Assembly (NCBI GenBank): GCA_963845065.1
Contig: CAWJQQ010000009.1
Location: forward strand, 928,001 to 992,000
Length of the DNA: 64,000 nucleotides
Reading direction: 5' to 3'
Origin: Nitrospirota bacterium
GTDB taxonomy: Bacteria > Nitrospirota > UBA9217
The notes under the pieces are model-generated. The model had not been told where the DNA came from. It saw only the letters and a list, made by a program, of their open reading frames with translations, and made no database searches. Below are positions 19,515 through 28,424 of this stretch, piece by piece (the first letter of the stretch is position 1; each line of letters starts with the position of its first letter). The position numbers were made by a program, and so were the translations under genes.

Positions 19515-21374
19515 ATGGACAAAGTAGATCTCTTTAAAAAGAAATTTTCCATCCTCCAGGATCTTTCCAATGCTATTGTCATTTCCGACAATGTCAATTC
19601 GATAGCAAACCTGCTGCTCGACTATGCCATTAGTTATGCAAATGCTGAAATGGGGTCGCTGATGCTGGTCACCGATGAAGATGAACTTACCATCCTCGCA
19701 TCAAGAGGGCTTGATTCACAGTACGACAGGAATCATAAGATTAAAATTGGTGAGGGTATTGCCGGTACCGTGGCCAAGGGTCATATGCCAGTTCGTGTCA
19801 ATGACATTGAGACGGATGAAGTTTTTCGGCGTATTCGGCGGGACCGCTACAAAACCAACTCGTTCATATCATGTCCCATTATGATTAATAATAAGTTGCT
19901 CGGCCTCGTGAATATCAATGATAAAAAGGACGGAACACCGTTCAATGACGACGAATTTGAATTGCTGAAGACACTTGTAAACCACGCTGCAGTCGCTCTT
20001 GAAAATGCGAATCTCATCGGTCAGTTGAAATCAAAAGCAGGAGAACTTGAGGCAATTAATAAAAAATTGCTGGAAACCGACATCCTGAAAACCGAATTCC
20101 TCACCCGGGTTTCTCACGAGCTTCGGACACCGTTGAATTCGCTGAAAGGCGCAATATTTTATTTACTAAATACAGAGAAAATAGAAATACAAGAACGGCA
20201 GGAATTCGAGGGCATTATCTCGAGTGAGACAGATAAACTCGTAACAATCGTCGAAAACCTTCTGGACTTCCTCAGGTTGGAGGATGAGACGAGGATTATA
20301 AAAAAGACTGTACTAAATGTAGGAGACATCTTCCGAGAACTTCAGGAATCCAAATCACTGATGGCAACTCTTTCTCGCAAAGGCGTAGGTCTCACGGTGC
20401 GCACGCAAGACAACCGCATCGATATCATCGGTGACAAAATAAAGGTCCTTCAGCTCTTTTCAAATTTGATTGACGGGTTCTCCCATTATCTTCAGAGGGG
20501 CGATACGATTGAAATCAGTGCTGCCGAAACACGGTTTGTGACTTTCAGTATTATTTTGCCACGACCGCTGCCAACATCTGTCATTGCAATCCTCCATGAT
20601 ACACGGTATGTATTCCAAATTGACCAACCGGAGGACCGGCTAAAACTCCACCTTGCCAGAAACATACTTGATACGCACCGGTGGAAACTATTAGCCGCAA
20701 ATACCGCCAATAGCTGTCGTATCACGCTTACTGTCCCCACAAGCGCCAAACAGACGATAGATGTCTACGTGGGCCAAAGCATGGATTCATTCGTAGAATT
20801 AATATCAGATTTGCTGGATATCGATATCTGTTCCGTCATGCTTAGCGATGAACTCACGAACGAACTGACCGTCAAAAGTGCGGTCGGCCTGGATGACGAT
20901 ATCGTCAAGAGGACGAGAATAAAACTAGGCGATAAAATCGCGGGTTGGGTTGCTCTAGAAGGGAAGCCGCTGTTCATAGAAAATATCGAAAGCGACATAC
21001 GTTTCGCGAAAACCAATATTTCACAGTACACAACAAAATCGCTCATGACGCTCCCTCTGAAAGTCGGAGACAGGGTTATTGGAGTGCTCAATCTGAACAA
21101 TAAGAAAACTGCGGAGCCCTTTTCAGAAGGGGACTACCTGATAGCATCACAAATGAGCGACAAGATATCGCATTTCATAGAACTACTTCAATCTGAAACT
21201 TTTGATGAAAAAGATTTTAAACAGTTTATCACGTCACTAAGCGGCATGCTTGATGCGGACGATGCATATCATGCAAAGAGGGATATCCTATCAACATTCG
21301 TCGACAAGATTCTTAAAGATTCCAAACCATTAATTAAACTGAAAAAAACCCCCCACCATGCCGGCCACTCTTAA
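19515..21374 (+). CDS. GAF-HisKA-(degenerate HATPase)-GAF signalling protein
   Basis: Two GAFs (GEGIAGTVA; GDKIAGWVA), H-box SHELRTPL, ATP-binding boxes not recognisable. Confidence 0.85.
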   Translation: MDKVDLFKKKFSILQDLSNAIVISDNVNSIANLLLDYAISYANAEMGSLMLVTDEDELTILASRGLDSQYDRNHKIKIGEGIAGTVAKGHMPVRVNDIETDEVFRRIRRDRYKTNSFISCPIMINNKLLGLVNINDKKDGTPFNDDEFELLKTLVNHAAVALENANLIGQLKSKAGELEAINKKLLETDILKTEFLTRVSHELRTPLNSLKGAIFYLLNTEKIEIQERQEFEGIISSETDKLVTIVENLLDFLRLEDETRIIKKTVLNVGDIFRELQESKSLMATLSRKGVGLTVRTQDNRIDIIGDKIKVLQLFSNLIDGFSHYLQRGDTIEISAAETRFVTFSIILPRPLPTSVIAILHDTRYVFQIDQPEDRLKLHLARNILDTHRWKLLAANTANSCRITLTVPTSAKQTIDVYVGQSMDSFVELISDLLDIDICSVMLSDELTNELTVKSAVGLDDDIVKRTRIKLGDKIAGWVALEGKPLFIENIESDIRFAKTNISQYTTKSLMTLPLKVGDRVIGVLNLNNKKTAEPFSEGDYLIASQMSDKISHFIELLQSETFDEKDFKQFITSLSGMLDADDAYHAKRDILSTFVDKILKDSKPLIKLKKTPHHAGHS

Positions 21375-21520
21375 CTGAATAATTTACCTTGGATGGGTTG
21401 TGCATTATTGTACTCTGCGGGGCTTGACATCCTTACCAAACCATGCGGAAGGTGAAAAAATCACTTATTGAAGTACTCCACCGCTTAAACATGTGGGGTT
21501 CTCGCGCGGCGTCCATAATC

Positions 21521-22615
21521 CTAATATTGCCTTATTTTCAAGGCCCACCACTCGGCCCATTTATCTGAGTTGCTTCCAAATTGCTGGCCCGTTATCTTTT
21601 CAAGCGCCTCTGATGCCAATCTACTTACAAATGAATCTGCATCATGCAGTGCTTCTATCAAGGATTCTATTGCTCTAGGGTCATGCAGTTCGCCAAGCGC
21701 AAATGCTGCCCTCCTTCTTACATAGGCATGACCATCCGATAGCGCATTGATCAAGGGGATTTCTGCTCGATTATCTTTCAAGTCCCCCAGTTCCATGGCA
21801 GCTTCCCAACGAACAGACGGGTCCTTGTCCTTTAAAGATTCAATTAGCTTTTCTACCTCTACCGACCGGTCATCGACCTTATTTTCTGCAACCGGCGCGA
21901 TGTAGCTATCAGGATTCTGTTGTGGGCAAGGATTGTTCAGTAGTTGTATGATTTCTTGCAGGTCATATAACTCGGCGTACTGCAGGGCCGTTTTCCCCTG
22001 ATTGTCTGCTACCCCCTTATCGGCCCCTTTCCTTAACAAGGGACAAATAAGCTCACTATAGCCTTTGGAGGATGCAACTATCAGTGCCGAAGATCCTTGC
22101 TGGTTTCTGGCATTTACATCTGCACCTTTGTTCAACAAAAGTTCGGCAAGGTTTGTTTTGTTTAATGCAGTCGCAAGAATCAATGCTGTATTTCCGTCAT
22201 CATTTTTACCATTAATATCAGCACCGTTTTGAATTAAATACTCTGCTGTCTTCAAGTGACCTTCTGTAGTAATCGCTATTGGCTCACTCTTCTGGCTTCC
22301 TTTATCCGCTAAAGGAGAAATATTCATGGTAAAATATGACAATGCTAAAAGTGCATCATACCCATCTTTGTTTTTTGCGTGTATATTGGCACCCTTTATG
22401 ATTAATTTTTTTACAATGGCAAAGTCTCCGTGTTTAGCAGCTAAAATGAGAGGAGTGTTGCCATTGTTGTCCCTTTTGTTGACATCATCTCTTGAAATTG
22501 CTTTTTCAACGTCACTCATGTTGCCGCTGTCCGCCGCTGTTAGTATGTTTGTGGCACATGATGTCATTATAACTAAACTGCCTAACAGAAATAAAACTAG
22601 CATTTCGTTCTTCAT
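21521..22615 (-). CDS. Lipoprotein with ankyrin repeats and C-terminal HEAT/PBS repeats
   Basis: Lipobox-like MTSC; GNTPLILAA and GADINGKN repeats; VRWEAAMELG and VRRRAAFALG. Confidence 0.88.
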   Translation of the reverse strand: MKNEMLVLFLLGSLVIMTSCATNILTAADSGNMSDVEKAISRDDVNKRDNNGNTPLILAAKHGDFAIVKKLIIKGANIHAKNKDGYDALLALSYFTMNISPLADKGSQKSEPIAITTEGHLKTAEYLIQNGADINGKNDDGNTALILATALNKTNLAELLLNKGADVNARNQQGSSALIVASSKGYSELICPLLRKGADKGVADNQGKTALQYAELYDLQEIIQLLNNPCPQQNPDSYIAPVAENKVDDRSVEVEKLIESLKDKDPSVRWEAAMELGDLKDNRAEIPLINALSDGHAYVRRRAAFALGELHDPRAIESLIEALHDADSFVSRLASEALEKITGQQFGSNSDKWAEWWALKIRQY

Positions 22616-22884
22616 ATAAATGATCTCCAGTTACTTGTCTGACAAATGTCGCGTTTCTGTCAAACTTTAGAAGTGTACCAGTAATCTTACCTCAACGTGG
22701 GTTAAAATTGAGGAGCCCATTGGCTAAATCCCACTCTCACCAATATCCCACAGAAACATAGGTATTGCATAAACACGTTCTGAACCTCCCCGTGGCTGAA
22801 GCCAGGGGGTTCTGAAAACCTTATCCAATTACTCTTCCGGGCTCTCACGACCGCAAAGGCCAGCCGCTACAACCTTTCACTACT

Positions 22885-24402
22885 TTAAATGCCAGCAGCT
22901 ACAACTTCCCGGACATCGATCTTGGCATGGTCTTCTTTCACAGGCGATCCGCTCTGTCTCCGGCCCAAACGAGTACGTTGTTTGAGACCGAAGCTGAGAG
23001 GAAAAGCACTCCTCACATTCGCAGATTGCTGCTGCAATCTCGATACCGCCTGTTTAAGGAGCGGTTCCGCACCCGGCCAGTATCTACTTGCCTCAGCCGT
23101 ATCGAGAACACCATCTTGAACGTGATACGCAAGATATGCGGAATAGAGGTCCCGTTGGGCTGCTACTCCGCATTCACATACATGTTGCCGCTGCGAGAGC
23201 GGTTTTTTCTTTACTGTTCCGCAATGGCAGGTTTGAGACAGCCTGAGTTTTCGAGTTGGGAGTTCAATCACTTTTCCGCCGGCACTCTCAGCCTTGCGAG
23301 AAAGCATTGATACAAAGGTTCCCGGTGCCCTTAAACCCACGCTTTTACCAAAATTACGCTGCAATGATTTGTAGCTTAGTGTTTCAAGATTAATGTGATT
23401 TCCCAGTGTTAAAATTTCATTGGCTAGTTTGCCATGAAGAGATTTTCTCTGCGCGGCTTGTTTCCGGTGAAGTTCTGATACTGCAGTCCGTATCGTCTGA
23501 TAGTTCTTTGAATTGGTCCAGGTCTTGGCACCCTTTTTAACGGTGCCATCGGCGTTATAATTCCCAGAGTTTGTGGCCCTTCGTGACCGATCGAGCGCCC
23601 GTTGCAATCGCTTAATGGTCTTTTCGAGCGGTTCCAGCTCTTTACAAAACTGCTGAAGATCGGCGTAGCCATGAGTATAAATAGCGTACGTAGACGGGCC
23701 GAGATCCAGGGCGATTGTACCATCAGAGATGATGTTTTTGGTTTTCTGCTTCGGCAGCCCTTCCTGCACTAGCTGGGCGTAGAAGTAGTTTTTACTGCGC
23801 ATCCGCCTGCAGACCAGCCTTACATATTTTGTCCTACAGGAAAGGGCGTGGGCCTGCACGCCATGCTTGTCTTTTTTGTCGAATAAGCAGGGCAGTTCAA
23901 GACCAATCCACTCGATACGGCTTTGCTTTTCGTCTATGCGGAAACGTATGCCAGCGGCGTTGCTCTTGGATTCAACACTTAAGAGTTGATGCTTGCCTTT
24001 GAACCTTGGTCTGCCTCTTTTATTGAACGCATATTTTTGGACAGCATCAAACGCCCGGGTGGCGATTTTCTGGACAGTATGAACATCCAGGTGATCACCG
24101 ATGTGGCAGGCGTTCTTTGCCGCGCCAGCATACTTGTGCAAGCTGTATGCGGAGAAGCCAAACTTCTCATTCACAGCCTTAAATGCATTGGAACGCAATC
24201 CCTTATCCTTATAGGGTATAATGCGTGCCTTTTGATATTGCTTGGATTCCCACATGAGATCCAGGCGTTTGAGAGATTCGCCGAGACAGGCATTGTAAAG
24301 TTGCCGGGCCACGTCCATGCGCATGAGGAGTATCCTCTCCTGAGATGTACTGACCAGAAGAGACAATTCATGGATAAACGATGGTGTTGTTTTCTTCTCC
24401 AT
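22885..24402 (-). CDS. tnpB: RNA-guided endonuclease TnpB (long, 505 aa)
   Basis: GRPRFKG, RuvC-I IALDLG, RuvC-II INLETL, zinc finger CHCG...CECG, RuvC-III QRDLYSA. Confidence 0.93.
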   Translation of the reverse strand: MEKKTTPSFIHELSLLVSTSQERILLMRMDVARQLYNACLGESLKRLDLMWESKQYQKARIIPYKDKGLRSNAFKAVNEKFGFSAYSLHKYAGAAKNACHIGDHLDVHTVQKIATRAFDAVQKYAFNKRGRPRFKGKHQLLSVESKSNAAGIRFRIDEKQSRIEWIGLELPCLFDKKDKHGVQAHALSCRTKYVRLVCRRMRSKNYFYAQLVQEGLPKQKTKNIISDGTIALDLGPSTYAIYTHGYADLQQFCKELEPLEKTIKRLQRALDRSRRATNSGNYNADGTVKKGAKTWTNSKNYQTIRTAVSELHRKQAAQRKSLHGKLANEILTLGNHINLETLSYKSLQRNFGKSVGLRAPGTFVSMLSRKAESAGGKVIELPTRKLRLSQTCHCGTVKKKPLSQRQHVCECGVAAQRDLYSAYLAYHVQDGVLDTAEASRYWPGAEPLLKQAVSRLQQQSANVRSAFPLSFGLKQRTRLGRRQSGSPVKEDHAKIDVREVVAAGI

Positions 24403-24414
24403 ACAACTCCCTGA

Positions 24415-24855
24415 TTAAACAACTTTCTGGTGTTCAATATATTGTTTGATAACTGCCAACGGCGCCCCACCAACGGTAGAAACAAAGTAGCTGTTGGTCC
24501 AAAGTGTTGGAATCCGGGTCCGGAGAACCTTGAATTCTGAACGAAGCAGTTTGGAGCTTCTGCCCTTTATCTGTTTGACTAGCCGATGAATGCCGTACTG
24601 CGGACCAACCTCTACCAGTAAATGTACGTGATCCGGCATTATCTCCAACTCAATAATTTCAGATTTTCTCTCGGGAACCACATCCCTGATAATTGCTTTC
24701 AACCGTCCGGCGATACTGCCGGTCAACACGCTCTTTCGGTACTTAGGACACCACACAACATGATATTTACAGCCGTAAACTACATTATTATTGGACTTAT
24801 ACGTCTTTATATCAATCATACAGCATATTATACAGCAAAAAGCTGTATAACACAA
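24415..24855 (-). CDS. tnpA: IS200-family HUH (Y1) transposase
   Basis: YHVVWCPKYRK, MPDHVHLL (HUH), KGRSS, LWTNSYF, YIEHQK; true start possibly ATG 24819. Confidence 0.96.
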   Translation of the reverse strand: MCYTAFCCIICCMIDIKTYKSNNNVVYGCKYHVVWCPKYRKSVLTGSIAGRLKAIIRDVVPERKSEIIELEIMPDHVHLLVEVGPQYGIHRLVKQIKGRSSKLLRSEFKVLRTRIPTLWTNSYFVSTVGGAPLAVIKQYIEHQKVV

Positions 24856-25182
24856 CTCCTATCCCCATGTCTAAAGCCAGGGGCTTGCGGAGTTGAAAGG
24901 CTTTTGGTCACATTGGTCATTCCATCTGCCGTAGTTTAAAACGGCCTGGAATCAATCACCTTTACAGATTATCAACCGTAGTGCGTAATTTTATTTATTG
25001 TCCAAGTAAAATCCACTAACGAGGATTACTCATGAATAACAGAGCGAAAAAGTAATGGTCTATTGGCCGCGGCCCGTTGAAAGCGAATGTCGTTAACCAG
25101 CAGCACTGTAAAGCTTTGACCGGGACAAGTCACACGTGATTCGTTTCAAACTCTGGTTTTTTGACAGGAGGGCGTCCAAAAG

Positions 25183-26406
25183 TCACGTAGTAGTGGCCAA
25201 TCCTTCATCCGCAATTTCACCATCGTCTCCATTATTCAAAAGGGGGAGTATCTGAAGCTCCATGACCTCGCCGCTTAATTCCCTGAGGAGTAAGTTAAAA
25301 AAAGTCTTGGTAATTTTTTCGTCAAACTGAGTACCGCAGCATTCGATTACCTCTTGGAATGTTTTATTAAGTCCCAGCTTATGTCGGTATGGGCGGTTCG
25401 TAGTCATCGCATCAAAGGCATCCACAAGGGAAAGAATTTTGACCCCCTCGCTCAACTCCCGTGACATGAGAGCATCGGGATAACCTTTACCATCCATCCG
25501 TTCATGATGGTGACGGACGAAATTGTTGATATTTTTCCAAGGGAACTTGACCTTGGAAAGGATATCGTAAGAAATCTCAGGATGTTTACGTATTTCGTTT
25601 AGCTCGACAGCCGTCAGTTTTTCCCCTTTTCTGATGAGACCCGTGTCAATGATGATCTTTCCGATATCATGGAGCAGTCCGGCGACGTAGATTCCTTCAA
25701 TATCTTTTTTCTTCCATCCCAGTTCCTTCGCGATTGCTACGGCATAGCTTGCTACGCGGTAAGAATGGTCTTTGGTGTAACCGTCCTTGGCGTCGATTGC
25801 GGCCGCAAATGCCTGGATGGTGTCATTGTAGATCCGCTGCATATTCTTGTAAAGCCGTCGGTTTTCCGTCGCTTTCTTGGAAAGCTCCAGGAACAACTGC
25901 GCACTATGCAGCGTGATCGCCATTTGATGTGCTATGACTCTGAGGACATCTTTTTCTCCTTGACGGTAGGGTGCTCCACCAAGTTTTTTGCCAAGTGTGA
26001 TAGCGCCCACGAATGTCCCTTTTGCGAAAAGCGGGAGAAAAATACTTGACTGCAATTTCGTCAATACGTTTTTATTCTGCTTGAAAAATGAGTTCGCAGA
26101 CATATCCCGGGATGAATGGGGGTCATTCATTCTGAAATGCTTGACCTGTATTGCTGTGGCATCCAGGCGTATAGCCTCGGCGTCGATGTCCCGATATCCC
26201 TTTGTAACGACAAGATTGAGTTCTTGTCGCTTCGGTTGGTAAACAAACAAGGCTGCAGTCGGTATGGATAGCGTCCCTGTAATAACAAAGAGGGCGGACT
26301 TCATTTTTGACAGTAAGTCTTTTGAGGAGGTAGCCTCCTGGCCCAGGTCTACAAGCGAAGCAATGCTGAACATCAGACGTTTGAGATGCAGTTTTTTATC
26401 CTTCAT
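25183..26406 (-). CDS. GAF + HD-GYP cyclic-dinucleotide phosphodiesterase
   Basis: HSYRVA, LLHDIGK, HHERMDGKGYP, DAFDAMTTNRPYR. Confidence 0.94.
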   Translation of the reverse strand: MKDKKLHLKRLMFSIASLVDLGQEATSSKDLLSKMKSALFVITGTLSIPTAALFVYQPKRQELNLVVTKGYRDIDAEAIRLDATAIQVKHFRMNDPHSSRDMSANSFFKQNKNVLTKLQSSIFLPLFAKGTFVGAITLGKKLGGAPYRQGEKDVLRVIAHQMAITLHSAQLFLELSKKATENRRLYKNMQRIYNDTIQAFAAAIDAKDGYTKDHSYRVASYAVAIAKELGWKKKDIEGIYVAGLLHDIGKIIIDTGLIRKGEKLTAVELNEIRKHPEISYDILSKVKFPWKNINNFVRHHHERMDGKGYPDALMSRELSEGVKILSLVDAFDAMTTNRPYRHKLGLNKTFQEVIECCGTQFDEKITKTFFNLLLRELSGEVMELQILPLLNNGDDGEIADEGLATTT

Positions 26407-26407
26407 G

Positions 26408-26761
26408 TCAATGTCTTCCGTCCAAATAAAGGAATGCGTCTTTTTCGTCTTTAAAAACCTTTACATATTTTATTAAACCTGCAATTTCAAAAATAGATTG
26501 ATGGTCTTTTTTCATGTTCGTAAAGCATAAGACGCTGTCGTATTCCATTGTCTTTTGCATCATACCCAGGAAAACCGAGAGCCCTATGGTATTGATAAAC
26601 TTTACATCGGAAAAGTTAACGACGAGTTTCTTCATTCCATGTCCGAGAAACTGCTCGTTTTCGAGTTCAAGACACTCTGCCGCGATGTCATTAATGTATC
26701 CCTTGGGCATCATGACGGCTATATCTCCGGACGATCTTGACGATAAAGAAAAATTACTCAT
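26408..26761 (-). CDS. STAS-domain anti-sigma-factor antagonist
   Basis: KGYIN, LVVNFSDVKFINTIGL, IFEIAGL; overlaps the upstream gene. Confidence 0.88.
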   Translation of the reverse strand: MSNFSLSSRSSGDIAVMMPKGYINDIAAECLELENEQFLGHGMKKLVVNFSDVKFINTIGLSVFLGMMQKTMEYDSVLCFTNMKKDHQSIFEIAGLIKYVKVFKDEKDAFLYLDGRH

Positions 26762-28424
26762 GGCTTATCGAATTCTCCTTTTTTTTACTAGTAGATTTTT
26801 CGATTTTTTTTATCAGCACTATTTTTGTGCCAAGAGCGGTTTTTTCAAACTCGATATCATCCACAAATCGTTTCATCAGTTTTATGCCCCATCCTCTTCC
26901 GGGTCCTTTCGCAGCATCCTGATCGCGGAAAGGTTCGCCAGTTTCCCTAATAATGAACTCCGGTCCGGCACTTTCTACCGAAACTTCTAGTTGGTCCTCA
27001 TCCACAATGACGCTGACATAGATGTTGTCTCCACTCCCCCTGCTGTGTTCAATTGCGTTGATGCATGCCTCGATAACCGCTATTTGCAGCTGTCCGATGG
27101 TCTCAGGGTTAAGGTTCAGGTTTTTGCCGATTTGCTCGAGGCCTTGCGCAGCTATAAGTTCGGCCTCCTTTACCATGGGCAGGGCCATGTCATATCGGGC
27201 AACATGTCCTTTTTGCGGGACTAACGCCGCTAGAAAATATTCTGTGAGCTCGTGGGTGGATTTCGTCAAGACTTCCCTCAGGTAAAGGCAGTCGATAACG
27301 TCCCTTAATACCCTGTCTTCCTCAGCCCTGAACACGCCTAACTCTCCGCGAATGATGCCCGCCAAATACAGGTTATATGCAATATCATGCGCACGACCGT
27401 CAGGCAGCGCAAAGGACTTTGCAATCCGTTGGCAGGAAAGAGGTTCGGCGGTGTGATGGATTTTATAGGCTATTGCAAGTGCCAGCCTCCTCATCCCCAA
27501 GTCTGGGAAAAAACTCTTCAAAATCGTGAACCAGGAAAGGACAAGCTGTCCTTCCATGACCTCTTGAATATATGCATTCCAGAAATCCTTCTCGTCCGGA
27601 TTGCTCTTCGAGCATGCTTTCGCAACGACACAACCCAGGTAAAAGGGATTCCCGCCGAGATGCCTCTGCAGAAGGGGGGGGACATTTCCTGTGGCCTCAT
27701 ATGCAGTCATAAGTGCACTCGCTCTTGCCGAGGCACCCTCAGTTCCCAAGGGGTGTAGCGATATACGCTCAAGGCCGCTCACAACAGGCATCTCTTGGAG
27801 TTCCGATGCGTTTCCGGCGATGATATGCGGCGTTTTTTTGTGCATAATCGCTTCTTGAAATAGGGAAGCTAATCGGGCATCGGGAACACCATCGATATGG
27901 AGCCCCTTCATCCAGTGAAAATCATCGAGCAGGACGGCGACAGGCATCCCTGTGGCAAGCGCTGAGCGATGTGGGGCCGCAAGCGCGATGCGGAGAGTAT
28001 CGAGCGGATCACCGGCGCATTGGATGTACTGGTCAAGAATCTCCTTTGCCCAGCTTGCTTCCAATTCCTCTATGAGCAGGGAAAGACCATCAATTGATAT
28101 CCCATCCTGATACAGCAATGATTGTTCTTTTTTCGGGAATGCAAGTCGTTGGCGAAGAAACCCAATCAGATAGGTCTTGGAAAAAGTCGTAACAGACAGG
28201 AGTGCGGGGTTGACTGTATACGAGAAAGGAGCTACTCGATCTTGCTTCCAGAACAGGTAGCCGAAGAGTTGTTTGAGGATCTCTGATTTGCCGATACCCC
28301 GGTGACCAAACAAAATTGCGCTTTGAGCTTGGCCCCAATCCGCCATGAGAACTCTTTTATAGAGGGCGGACAACTCCTCCTGCCGATTAATGAATTCTCC
28401 GTTCTTGAGCGAGCTAAATGGCAT
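26754..28424 (-). CDS. Fusion of archaeal-ATPase/STAND-like P-loop NTPase with C-terminal RsbW-like HATPase (anti-sigma kinase)
   Basis: FINRQEEL, GHRGIGKS, VLLDDFH, GGNPFYL; C-terminal AVIEACINAIEHS...GRGWGIKLMKRFVD. Confidence 0.85.
   Translation of the reverse strand: MPFSSLKNGEFINRQEELSALYKRVLMADWGQAQSAILFGHRGIGKSEILKQLFGYLFWKQDRVAPFSYTVNPALLSVTTFSKTYLIGFLRQRLAFPKKEQSLLYQDGISIDGLSLLIEELEASWAKEILDQYIQCAGDPLDTLRIALAAPHRSALATGMPVAVLLDDFHWMKGLHIDGVPDARLASLFQEAIMHKKTPHIIAGNASELQEMPVVSGLERISLHPLGTEGASARASALMTAYEATGNVPPLLQRHLGGNPFYLGCVVAKACSKSNPDEKDFWNAYIQEVMEGQLVLSWFTILKSFFPDLGMRRLALAIAYKIHHTAEPLSCQRIAKSFALPDGRAHDIAYNLYLAGIIRGELGVFRAEEDRVLRDVIDCLYLREVLTKSTHELTEYFLAALVPQKGHVARYDMALPMVKEAELIAAQGLEQIGKNLNLNPETIGQLQIAVIEACINAIEHSRGSGDNIYVSVIVDEDQLEVSVESAGPEFIIRETGEPFRDQDAAKGPGRGWGIKLMKRFVDDIEFEKTALGTKIVLIKKIEKSTSKKKENSISHE

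Larger units (their letters stand above)
22780..24906 (-). mobile_element. IS200/IS605-family element (tnpA+tnpB), apparently intact
   Basis: Left-end hairpin GCCCCTGGCTTTAGACATGGGG (~24863-24884) preceded by TGAC|CAAAAG; right-end hairpin CCCCCTGGCTTCAGCCACGGGGAGGTTCAG (22780-22809); exact ends inferred. Confidence 0.9.

Noticed and set aside
22885..24402. Cas12-like effector or nuclease-dead TldR
   Set aside because: Adjacent tnpA and IS ends, no array, and all three RuvC acidic residues present
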